Positions 52,183 to 61,242 of a stretch of 64,000 nt of DNA are shown here, piece by piece. A program made the translations under genes and the position numbers. Within the stretch, counting starts at the first letter, position 1. Every line of letters starts with the position of its first letter. Source of the stretch: a virus; the IMG/VR virus record IMGVR_UViG_3300020389_000255, positions 5,659 through 69,658 of that record, one strand, 5' to 3'. Under the pieces are notes generated by a model that did no database searches, had not been told where the DNA came from, and saw nothing but the letters and a program-made list of their open reading frames with translations.

Positions 52183-52853
52183 TGAGGTTGTCCGTGATTT
52201 TCTAAAAATGTAATTCGGTTAAATTTCGTGATAGGAACATTATCAAATTTGCAAATCTCATGGGTTTTAATAGTTCCTTTAAATAGAAAACAATCACCAA
52301 TGGTTATTGGATGATCATTCTTATCATAAAATAATACCAAGTCACCCTCTCTAGTTATGCCTTTGTAAATGTAATACCCAGGATAGACATCCATCTTGTG
52401 ATCCTTGTAAACTAATTTAACAAAACAATTTTCTCGATTATTCAAATCTCCTATATAACTAGAACCCTTTATTATTTCTCTAAACTTATCAGAGGTGAAT
52501 TTTTGATTATAGAATTGCAAAGAAGAAGCAACTACAGCAATCTGAATTTCAGATTTACCCGCAAGCTGAGATTGCAACTTCTGCCAAAAATTGGGATCAA
52601 CATTCTTTGGAATACTGTTTAATCCAACGATCCAATCAATTATTTTCTGTGCTTGTTCTTCGTATGCAACAATTTCATCATACCGGTTATTATCAATCAA
52701 TACTCTGTGTGCTAATTTAGCAGTACTCGTCAATGGTCCGACAAGTGTTTGAGATTGTTGTGCCGTTTTTACTGAAACATAACCACGCTGTTCATTGACA
52801 ACCAATAAGGCACTACTAACAATTTTCAAAACAGAAAATGATTCCATAATCAA
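52179..52853 (-). CDS. Hypothetical protein, possible C-terminal OB-fold
   Basis: 'SSYIGD…FKGTIKTH…TKFNRI' beta pattern. Confidence 0.45.
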   Translation of the reverse strand: MIMESFSVLKIVSSALLVVNEQRGYVSVKTAQQSQTLVGPLTSTAKLAHRVLIDNNRYDEIVAYEEQAQKIIDWIVGLNSIPKNVDPNFWQKLQSQLAGKSEIQIAVVASSLQFYNQKFTSDKFREIIKGSSYIGDLNNRENCFVKLVYKDHKMDVYPGYYIYKGITREGDLVLFYDKNDHPITIGDCFLFKGTIKTHEICKFDNVPITKFNRITFLENHGQPQ

Positions 52854-52860
52854 ATATCCT

Positions 52861-54258
52861 CTAATTCAAGTTCCACAAATAATCATCAAGATTCAACTCT
52901 TCCAGAATTGAATCAATTTGTTCAATTTCAATATCATTCAATTCTTTATTTGTCGGACCATCAAGGTCGTCCAAACTATGTAACTTCTTATTTACTTCTG
53001 ACTTAGGTTGCAACACTTCCCAATTTCCATCGTTTAAATCAATTTTCAATTTACCAATCTCCTTCATCTTCATCTTCTTCCCATGTGACTAATTTCGTTG
53101 ACCCTAGACATAAATTCCCAAGGTACAAATCTTTGAGCATATCAATTGGCATCCTCTCATATTTTTCTTGCAGTAATTTAATAATTTCCCTAGTAGTTAT
53201 AAAACCATATTCTTTCTGTGCCAAGATTGAACAAATCTCAGCGGCAGAAGTTTTGTTGACTTTTTTGAGTATTTCTTCACTTTTTGTCATTGAAGATCCG
53301 GATCCCAAGCATTTTCATCCTCATCTAAATATTTTTCCATATTACCCCACATTGATTCAACATTTTCATAGGTTTCACCGAGTTCTTTCTCTGGTTCCCA
53401 ACCAATGAATCCTGCTTTATCTCCATAGTCTGCAATAAGATTTAAATTCTCTGCATAAATTTCTTGGACTACTTTCTTTTGCATACGATTATATATCGTA
53501 AAATCCGTGCAACGAGTATCCATCTCAAACAACGTTGCACGGATATCCTTTTCAGGAGTGTTAACTACTTTTCTCAAAATACTATAAGGTATTTTTCCAA
53601 CCATCATTATCTCCAATGATTCTCTGCATCTAATGTGTGGTGTGTTTCAATTTCAGCAAGATGTTCTTTTGCTTGTGCCCATTGATTCAACACCGTCAAA
53701 TAAATTGATGGGTTACGTTCAACTTCAAACATCCTGCTCAAACCATCCAATGCTCGGAGATAGTTAGAACACTCATTTCGCAGGATTGTTTGAAGTTTAC
53801 TAATATCTGTTTCAGGTCTCAACTAAGACTCCCGACTACAAAAAATATGAATATTCCAATCAGTACTGCATAACAAAGTATCATTTTATTCTCCATTAAG
53901 ACCAAGGGGTTGTTTTAATGTGTCCATCTACATCAAGAGCATCGCCGAGTAGATATTTTTTGTAGTCTCCGTCAATGTACAAATCGTAAGCAGGATCAGC
54001 ATCAATATCTGCAATATCTTCTTCAACCGTAGGACGATTTATAAAGTCATTGATATCATCATCATTATTTATAACTTTTAAGGCATCCAATTCTTCAGTT
54101 GAAATGTTTTTGACATCAGCTGAAATTACGAATTCACCATTTACGGTATCAACGAATTTAGGGGAGCAATCGTAATCCGCATAATTCACGGTGACGGGGA
54201 TGTCACCATGAACTTTATGGGTGTGTTTGAGTGCGGCAATTAATTCTGTAACTGTCAT
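52861..54258 (-). CDS. Run of small acidic hypothetical proteins (52861-53073, 53051-53308, 53287-53616, 53607-53822, 53896-54258)
   Basis: Mostly overlapping co-oriented ORFs. Confidence 0.5.
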
Positions 54259-54274
54259 TATATGTATCTCCTTA

Positions 54275-54940
54275 TTAAGAATTCACAATTTTTATAATCA
54301 ATTCACTAACTACATTAGAAGAAAACTTACCATCATCAAGTGCAAAAATTAAAGTTTTAGCAAGTTCATCCAATGTCCCAACACTATCATTATCTTTATT
54401 GGGAGTTGAATCTTTTTTTGTTGTATGTATTTGTATTTCAGGCCTTTCTCCTAATCTTTCTATCCGAGAGGCAAATTCCGCATCAATTTCTTCGTTTGAT
54501 AGTTCAACAACTTCCTCTAACGTAAATTCAAAAAACTTTCCAAACTTATTTAATGAAAATGAACACGATTCTTGATCACTATTTAAGTAATATTTATCAA
54601 CTATTCCTGTGAAAATATAATCAGTTTTAGGATCTATTTCTAGAACTCGTAAGTGTCCAAATTTATGATTGCAACTGCTGAAAGTCATCCTTAAAGGTGC
54701 GGTTCCTGATTTGTTCACAGCACCCCAAGATAAAGTTCCATACTTGGCATCTGTGCCATCAGTAAAATCAACCTTTGCACTATGTCCACCTGGACTATGA
54801 TCTAAGTGTACATTATTATCGGCAATAAGATTTTCCCATATCGTTGCAATTGGTAGTGTGGAAAAAACGGTTGGATCAACATTGTATTTAGAATTTTGGA
54901 TTAATTGTTTAGCGATGCGGTCGGTTGCTGGTTTATTCAT
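54275..54940 (-). CDS. Putative PD-(D/E)XK nuclease-like protein (start MNKPATD at 54940)
   Basis: 'WE…VDFTDGTDAK' E…D…DxK pattern; AAGGA RBS before 54940. Confidence 0.4.
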   Translation of the reverse strand: MNKPATDRIAKQLIQNSKYNVDPTVFSTLPIATIWENLIADNNVHLDHSPGGHSAKVDFTDGTDAKYGTLSWGAVNKSGTAPLRMTFSSCNHKFGHLRVLEIDPKTDYIFTGIVDKYYLNSDQESCSFSLNKFGKFFEFTLEEVVELSNEEIDAEFASRIERLGERPEIQIHTTKKDSTPNKDNDSVGTLDELAKTLIFALDDGKFSSNVVSELIIKIVNS

Positions 54941-55017
54941 TATTTTTTCCTTTTTTATATGCGTTATATGCGTTGTGTACGTTGTATGTGTTCTCGTTCT
55001 CAATTGTTTATAATGTA

Positions 55018-55062
55018 ATTATAACATATTTTGGATTGATTGTCAAGCCAAAAGCCACTTTA
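55018..55062 (-). promoter_or_regulatory. Sigma70-like early promoter cassette
   Basis: AAAGTGGCTTT box, TTGACA-N17-TATAAT. Confidence 0.8.
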
Positions 55063-55063
55063 T

Positions 55064-56845
55064 TTAAGCATTTTCCAAAACTTTTTTGATTTTCAGTTTT
55101 TTCTCAACAAGATCATTATCTTCTTCTAACTCATCAAGAAATAATTCCTTTTCACCTTTTATTCGGTCCTTACTACCAAAATGATCACTATCAACAACAC
55201 TCGTTGAATCTAACAATGTATCAATAGTATCCTCAAGTGAATCAGCATTATCAGATGGATTAATACTACCTGATTGTTGTGGAACATCAACTAAGTGAGC
55301 ATCCAATTCATCTGTCAAAACTGCATAATCAGCATCAAAAATTTCATTTGCCTCAATATTAGCATCAGTATCAACAATTGTTCGATAACAAACATTGAAC
55401 GTATTCCAAATCAGAAGTTGAGTTTCTGGATCAAGCAGTTTGATTTGTTCAAAGGTTAAACCTCCTAACCATAGACGACTAAAACGACCCAAAAATTGCA
55501 ATACACTTTTGACAATTAATCCTTGATCATTAGTAACGTCACTACTACGGAGATAAAAACATTCTCTCAACGATGGAATATTAACTCCCATAGTTCCCAT
55601 ATTAATAACTATCAGAATTACAAATTCATTTTCTGGATCATTTGCATAATCGAGCCAACCAGTACTATGCATAGCACCAGCAACTGGTCTACCATTACTG
55701 TTGTATGCAGACCAACCTTCCTTAGCATTAGCAGTAACAATCTTTGCCTCAACAGGAAGACCTCCTTTGAAAAGTTCATCCCTAACATTGTCAAAGGTAG
55801 TATTTTCTTCACCCTTTGTTTCAGCACGTATCAACATGGTTTGCTTATAAGTTATATTCTTTAAAGTAGAGATACTTTCCTTATCATTGTTTGAATGCAA
55901 TTCAGAAATCTTTTTAGTTATTGCTTTTTTTGTTTCATGTTTCCATACTTGCATCATAGTAATACGATAACGCAAAGCATTCATTTGTGCATCAAAATCC
56001 CTATATGGAATCCATTCTATTTCATTAGAAAAATGTTTTGTGCAAGTAACAAATTCACTTGGTGAAATCCATTCATTTACTATAACAAATCTTTTAGATC
56101 CAATTTCCTTATGCTCAGGAGTAGGTGTTGCCGTAAAACCAAAAACATAAGGAGTAACATTATCAAGTAAAAAATCAATAACTTTAACTGTTTGTCCTTT
56201 GTAGTTTTTATTGAGTACACCAACTGCTTGTGCAGCCCATGCAGGAGTTGAATGACCTCCCCAGTGAATTTCATCACGCAAAAATGCAAGTCTACGTCCT
56301 TGTTCTTCAAAAACAGGAATCAACTCGTCAATACGGGAAGACAACATAGCATCAGTCATCAAAACAATAACAAGTTTGCCCTTTTCTAATTCATCTTGAA
56401 TATGATCAGCCCGAATTAATTCTTTATCATCTTCATCAATACCATCTAAAATAACAGTATTATACATTGCATAATAAGGATTATTACGTGCAATATTCCG
56501 AACTTCCGTTTGATTAATTAGTCCTTGTTGAGGAACTACATAAATAACAAGTTTAACGGCATCTTTCTTTGTATCATCAATCAATTGAGGAAGTAATATG
56601 TTAAAGGCACCATGAGTTTTACCAGCACCTGTAAGCATTGTAATAACTTTCATTTTATTCGCATGTAAATATTGGAGCATACTTTTACCAACAAAAACTT
56701 TTCGTTGGATATTTTTACGATCTGATTCTTTATAAACAGAATAACGTATTGCTGATACGTAATTTCCTTTAGATATATCTCTAGCAGTATTACGTTGATC
56801 TGCTCTGTTACCTGTGAGGTGATATGATTGTGTGTTTCTAGACAT
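55064..56845 (-). CDS. SF2 helicase/ATPase, ResIII-like (start MSRNTQ at 56845)
   Basis: 'MLTGAGKT', 'RDEIH', 'FTATP', 'GTMGVNIP', 'QFLGRFSR'; AAGGAG RBS. Confidence 0.82.
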   Translation of the reverse strand: MSRNTQSYHLTGNRADQRNTARDISKGNYVSAIRYSVYKESDRKNIQRKVFVGKSMLQYLHANKMKVITMLTGAGKTHGAFNILLPQLIDDTKKDAVKLVIYVVPQQGLINQTEVRNIARNNPYYAMYNTVILDGIDEDDKELIRADHIQDELEKGKLVIVLMTDAMLSSRIDELIPVFEEQGRRLAFLRDEIHWGGHSTPAWAAQAVGVLNKNYKGQTVKVIDFLLDNVTPYVFGFTATPTPEHKEIGSKRFVIVNEWISPSEFVTCTKHFSNEIEWIPYRDFDAQMNALRYRITMMQVWKHETKKAITKKISELHSNNDKESISTLKNITYKQTMLIRAETKGEENTTFDNVRDELFKGGLPVEAKIVTANAKEGWSAYNSNGRPVAGAMHSTGWLDYANDPENEFVILIVINMGTMGVNIPSLRECFYLRSSDVTNDQGLIVKSVLQFLGRFSRLWLGGLTFEQIKLLDPETQLLIWNTFNVCYRTIVDTDANIEANEIFDADYAVLTDELDAHLVDVPQQSGSINPSDNADSLEDTIDTLLDSTSVVDSDHFGSKDRIKGEKELFLDELEEDNDLVEKKLKIKKVLENA

Positions 56846-56898
56846 TTGATACTCCTTATGCATTGTATGTGTTGTCTTGCTTAATTGTTTATAATGTA

Positions 56899-56965
56899 AT
56901 TATAACATATTTTACTACTGTTTGTCAAGGGGAAAGCCACTTTTTTCCAAAAAAAAGCCACTTTT
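56899..56965 (-). promoter_or_regulatory. Sigma70-like early promoter cassette with duplicated upstream box
   Basis: TTGACA-N18-TATAAT; aagccactttt occurs twice. Confidence 0.8.
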
Positions 56966-57694
56966 TTAAGAAACCATCTTTTTTTTCTTGATGGTCGTTC
57001 TACCTTCAGACAAATGATCACCAGCACGATAAGTTTTTATTTTATGACAATGGGTACATAAAGTTTGATAATTATCAGGATGTTCATGTGATGAATTACC
57101 ATCAATATGATCAACTTGAAGATTAGAAAAATATTCTGCTTTAGTAATTACACCCTGCTCTACAAGGGGCATCCAAGTATCAGAATAATTACATTTTATA
57201 CCCTCAAGATGTTTTATCTTCGTATCTTCATTTTCACAAAGATTTTCTACACAAATTCTATGGATTGATGCTCTATTAAGTTTATAGGTCTCTAAATCAA
57301 TTGAGATTCCCCAAGACGAACTCAGTTCTACACATTCTGTTTTATACTTTTCTTCTAGATCATATGCATTCATGGCCTTAACGTCTGCCACTCCTTTCAT
57401 CTTGACAAACCCACGACGAACCGCTTCCTTTTGTTTCTTTTGTACACTCTTAGAGGACATTCCAGGAGTTTTCCGAGTATTGCATGAAACACAAAGACCA
57501 CCAATAGCCATGCCTTTAACTACATAAGGTCTCCATTTAAACCCTCCATTTCCAACTTGATTTTGTGCTTGACGGACTTTACCAGTAGGAGAGGTTTTTG
57601 CACAACCAGGGTGGGCACAATCAGGTCGATTGGATTCGGTATGTATTATGTTTCTTGATCCTGAAGGGTAGGGGTAAATCATTTTACTGCTCAT
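56966..57694 (-). CDS. HNH endonuclease with N-terminal Zn-finger (probable start 57694)
   Basis: 'LQVDHIDGN…NYQTLCTHCHKIKT'; N-terminal 'RPDCAHPGC…LCVSC'. Confidence 0.85.
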   Translation of the reverse strand: MSSKMIYPYPSGSRNIIHTESNRPDCAHPGCAKTSPTGKVRQAQNQVGNGGFKWRPYVVKGMAIGGLCVSCNTRKTPGMSSKSVQKKQKEAVRRGFVKMKGVADVKAMNAYDLEEKYKTECVELSSSWGISIDLETYKLNRASIHRICVENLCENEDTKIKHLEGIKCNYSDTWMPLVEQGVITKAEYFSNLQVDHIDGNSSHEHPDNYQTLCTHCHKIKTYRAGDHLSEGRTTIKKKKMVS

Positions 57695-57722
57695 TATAAA
57701 ATTCCTTTTCATTTGTTTTTAT

Positions 57723-57777
57723 CTTACACTATATTAGACGTATAAAAACTAAAAAGGTTTAGGGTAAAACCATTATT
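57723..57777 (-). promoter_or_regulatory. Class-2 (ECF-sigma-like) promoter, copy 3
   Basis: TAAACC-N15-CGTCTAAT-ATAGTGTAAG; downstream leader GAAAAGGAATTTTATA shared with copy 1. Confidence 0.6.
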
Positions 57778-57885
57778 TTTTCAAAAAAACCATTATTTTT
57801 TTTGTGCCCGTATAACTAAGTAACCCACTAATGAACCTATTAACAAACCTAATAATATACAACCTATCATAGGTACAATCATCTA

Positions 57886-59133
57886 TTAACTCCAATTTTT
57901 TAAACTGTTAAAGTTGTTGTAAGAGAATTCTGGTCTATCAATCAACTTTACCGCACTTCCATTATCATTGACTGCAACGTAACCTTCATCATTGACAGAA
58001 CGATATCCGTTATCAGTCAAAACAAAAGTTCCTGGAAATCTTGATACTCCAGCATTCAACTTTTCAATAATCAAGTTTTTAACAGTAATAAAATGATTAT
58101 ACAAAACACATGCTTTTTCTATTGTTTCTCTACAAGAATACAAGATAGATACATGTTCAAACAATTTTCGGTAATGAGCATTTTTTGCTTTTTCAGTTTT
58201 AACCTTATCTATAAATCGTTTACTATACCCATCAATGAAAAACTCAACATATTCTTGGACGTGGTCCTTCGGTTTGCTGAACTCTCTACCTTCTCGAATA
58301 AATTTATTGTTAAAACATTTGAAATGCAATCCTGCCCTATTGCCATCAAGTGTTTTTTGCCAAGCGAGGAACTTATCAAGATTCTCAGTTGCTATCGTTT
58401 GGAACGTTTTACCAGCACTACTCAACAGTTTAGTTATGTCGGCAACTTCAGTTCCAACTAATGTAGAAAAATCAGAAAATTCAGCATTAGCATACCAGAT
58501 ATTCGGAACAAAACTTAGTGCATCAACATCAGCACCGAAAGAGGCAGTCATTTCTGACAATGTTTTTCCTTTGTACGTGGTATGAAATACAATTCCAAGA
58601 TCAGCATTACGGACAGCATCATTCAAATCAGTATCTTTCAATACAGCATATACTATAGTATTAGGTTGGAATATAGTATACGCATCGCCATCTATGCTTT
58701 CATCTTTTAGGTCTGTCTTAACCCATAGCAAGTCTCCTTGCAAAACAATTCCCTTTGGGATGTCAAGTTTGGATAATTCATCTAAGCAGATATGTAATTT
58801 ATCTGCCAAGTCACCAGTGTATCCCAATTCAGAAATATCATCATGTGTCTTGACTACTTTCGGAGTCTTATTGAAAACTCCCTTAGTACCGATGAAGAAT
58901 TTTTCATCAGCGGGATCATAACCACAAAAAATTGCAGGTGCCCCATCAAATTTAGTCGTGATACTCACATCATCAGATTTCTTGGAGAGCAAATCTCGTA
59001 AGGATCGTAGGAATGTAATAGACTCTCTAGCACCGTTAGTGCCAAAATTGAAAATTTCATCTTCAACATGTTCCAAATGCAGATTTTTTTCAGCAGGCAT
59101 TAGTTCCCTTATCGCAAGTAGATGTTGACCCAT
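57886..59133 (-). CDS. DUF6267-like protein with a ligase-type KxDG nucleotidyltransferase motif
   Basis: 'KNLHLEHVED', 'TTKFDGAPAIFCG', 'LQGDLL', 'EGYVA…VKLIDR.EFS..NF'; true start probably slightly downstream (MPAEK). Confidence 0.7.
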   Translation of the reverse strand: MGQHLLAIRELMPAEKNLHLEHVEDEIFNFGTNGARESITFLRSLRDLLSKKSDDVSITTKFDGAPAIFCGYDPADEKFFIGTKGVFNKTPKVVKTHDDISELGYTGDLADKLHICLDELSKLDIPKGIVLQGDLLWVKTDLKDESIDGDAYTIFQPNTIVYAVLKDTDLNDAVRNADLGIVFHTTYKGKTLSEMTASFGADVDALSFVPNIWYANAEFSDFSTLVGTEVADITKLLSSAGKTFQTIATENLDKFLAWQKTLDGNRAGLHFKCFNNKFIREGREFSKPKDHVQEYVEFFIDGYSKRFIDKVKTEKAKNAHYRKLFEHVSILYSCRETIEKACVLYNHFITVKNLIIEKLNAGVSRFPGTFVLTDNGYRSVNDEGYVAVNDNGSAVKLIDRPEFSYNNFNSLKNWS

Positions 59134-59504
59134 TTTTGATTTTTAACATCATCCCAATCGTGTGTTTGGTCTATTTCGTGTGCAATTGCATCTTCATCAC
59201 TCGACCAATCACCTGCTTCGATGTTGAATTCGATATTTGTATCTGCACCATGTTGTGTTTCCAACTCTTGTAACTTCTTTACTAACTCACCTAATTTCAT
59301 ATTATATCCTTTTCATTTTATTAATTGAAACACAGTTCCAAAATCAACACCTGTTATTACATTATCAACATCAAGCATATTATTTACCTTACTGTATAAT
59401 GCTGAATCAGGATTATTTGGATCAACATTGATTTCGATGTCAATCTCCCTACCATATTCCTCTGCCAACTGTTGTAAATCTTCTATTAAGTCACCTAATA
59501 TCAT
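59109..59504 (-). CDS. Two tandem paralogous 63-aa proteins (59109-59300, 59313-59504)
   Basis: 'MKLGELVKKLQELETQHGADTNIEFNIE' versus 'MILGDLIEDLQQLAEEYGREIDIEINVD'. Confidence 0.65.
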
Positions 59505-59941
59505 TATATAGCTCCTTTAGTTTTCAAATAATATGCTTTCCTATATGCTATGCTTTCTGGAGATTTATTTCTCTCTCGTTCCTTTGCATTATAATAATCT
59601 CGATTTTCTTGACGATAGGTTCTTGCCCGTTCATTAAGGAGTTCTCTATCCAGTTCGTTATTTTCTACATACCTCTTTCGTGCTAACTCGTTTCTTCTCT
59701 CTTTAACTTCTGGTCTGCTGTAGTACTCCAACCGTTCTTCTCTTGTTTGCTTTGGTTTGTGGTCAACCAAATTAGAACGTTCATAAGTTTTCGGTAACAG
59801 CAATTCTTGTTCTTCTTGCGTTACAGATTTTCCTGTTTCCAATTTATATTTGACTCGATCTTTTTGGGCGAGTCTTGCTTTATTCTGCCGATACCACTTT
59901 GCTCGATATGCTTTACGTTCTGCTGTTTCACTCATAATCAA
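59504..59941 (-). CDS. Arg/Lys/Glu/Tyr-rich helical protein
   Basis: Repeated 'R..YR..N' helices like those found in HNH-associated domains; no nuclease motif. Confidence 0.55.
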   Translation of the reverse strand: MIMSETAERKAYRAKWYRQNKARLAQKDRVKYKLETGKSVTQEEQELLLPKTYERSNLVDHKPKQTREERLEYYSRPEVKERRNELARKRYVENNELDRELLNERARTYRQENRDYYNAKERERNKSPESIAYRKAYYLKTKGAI

Positions 59942-59951
59942 ATTACCTCTT

Positions 59952-60597
59952 TCTCAATTGTTTATAGTACTATTATAACATATTTTACTACTGTTTGTCA
60001 AGGGGAAAGCCACTTTTTATAAATCATTCCTAAGAATTTTTAATACTACGACTAAAACATCTTGATCTAATGAATCACCTCTACCAGGTATCCATTGTCG
60101 ACCATTTTCTTTCATAACTTTTCCAACTGTTATAATCCAATTTGAATCCAAACTTCCTTCAACTGCCTTAACTATCTGCTGGTGCAATTTAGGACCAATC
60201 TGTCTAATTGTTCTCAATTTATCAAATGCTGGGTTCATTATGTATCTCCTTCTCAATTGTTTATAGTACTATTATAACATATTTTACTACTATTTGTCAA
60301 GGGGAAAGCCACCTTTTTTCAAACTTTTTCCATTTTTGGATTTTCTCTTACTTCATAATCCATTTCAAATCCATCAACAGAAAACCCATCATAATTTTTC
60401 CTAATTCGTATTTCATCAGCAATTATGTTAACCACATGTTTCGGGTTTATCTCAATATCTTCTGTATCAATCTTTAATTGAAAGGTCAGTTTTATATCCA
60501 ATGTATTAGTTTTCAAATTCATAAGCACCTCTCAACTCTTTACTATACTATATTATAACATATTGGTATGCTGTTTGTCAAGGGGAAAGCCACTTTT
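59952..60597 (-). repeat. Three near-identical sigma70 early-promoter cassettes (~59952-60018, 60251-60318, 60541-60597), each heading a small gene
   Basis: AAA(A/G)GTGGCTTTCCCC-TTGACA-N18-TATAAT-A; genes 60017-60256 and 60319-60528 lie between them. Confidence 0.9.
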
Positions 60598-60598
60598 C

Positions 60599-60886
60599 TC
60601 AAAAAAACTTGAAAATAAAATGAGGTTTCACATATGGAGTGTCCGTGTTCTCCGCAGTTGGCCACACCTCTAACGTCCCACCAACTCGTTTTTTGTAATG
60701 ATACCATGCATTTTGTGAACCATAATGAGTAGACTTTTTCATTCTCGGAATACCCATTAACGGATCTTCGTTATGCACAATCATCATTATTTCTTTCAAT
60801 AAATCTTTGTCATCACGTTCCCATTTTTGGTGAAATGAATATCTCTCAGAAATGAAATGTGTGAACTGCCAAAAATTATGTCCCAT
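60599..60886 (-). CDS. Hypothetical protein
   Basis: Coupled to the SET gene (TAATG). Confidence 0.55.
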   Translation of the reverse strand: MGHNFWQFTHFISERYSFHQKWERDDKDLLKEIMMIVHNEDPLMGIPRMKKSTHYGSQNAWYHYKKRVGGTLEVWPTAENTDTPYVKPHFIFKFF

Positions 60887-61242
60887 TAATCATTCATCTT
60901 ATACAAAATGTATTTGCATGTTAATTCTATTCCCTTTTCAATTTCGTCCAGTGTATATAATTCTAACACACTAGTAACCAATCTTTGGTGTGAGCGAGAA
61001 TCAATAAAATAAATTAGATGAGATTCTAAATAGCAATTAGGTGTTATTGAATGATTATAAAATCCTCCTAAGGGAGTTCTGCAATATGATTGTGGGAACA
61101 GCTTTTTAGAATGTGGGATTAAAATGTGTGCTACACCTAAGTTAGTATCTTTCGGGATATTCTCAGTAGCAAATAACCCCAAGCCATGAATGTCAGATTT
61201 ATCAATAGTTAAAGAAGAAGGCAGAGGCGAATAATTATTAAT
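60886..61242 (-). CDS. SET-domain protein (putative lysine methyltransferase)
   Basis: 'SDIHGLGLFATENI', 'GGFYNHSITPNC', 'IEKGIELTCKY'; the frame extends upstream of the track start (61182) to ATT at 61242. Confidence 0.85.
   Translation of the reverse strand: MNNYSPLPSSLTIDKSDIHGLGLFATENIPKDTNLGVAHILIPHSKKLFPQSYCRTPLGGFYNHSITPNCYLESHLIYFIDSRSHQRLVTSVLELYTLDEIEKGIELTCKYILYKMND

Noticed and set aside
59952-60597. CRISPR-like repeat array
   Set aside because: Repeats are about 300 bp apart, contain -35/-10 boxes and enclose genes
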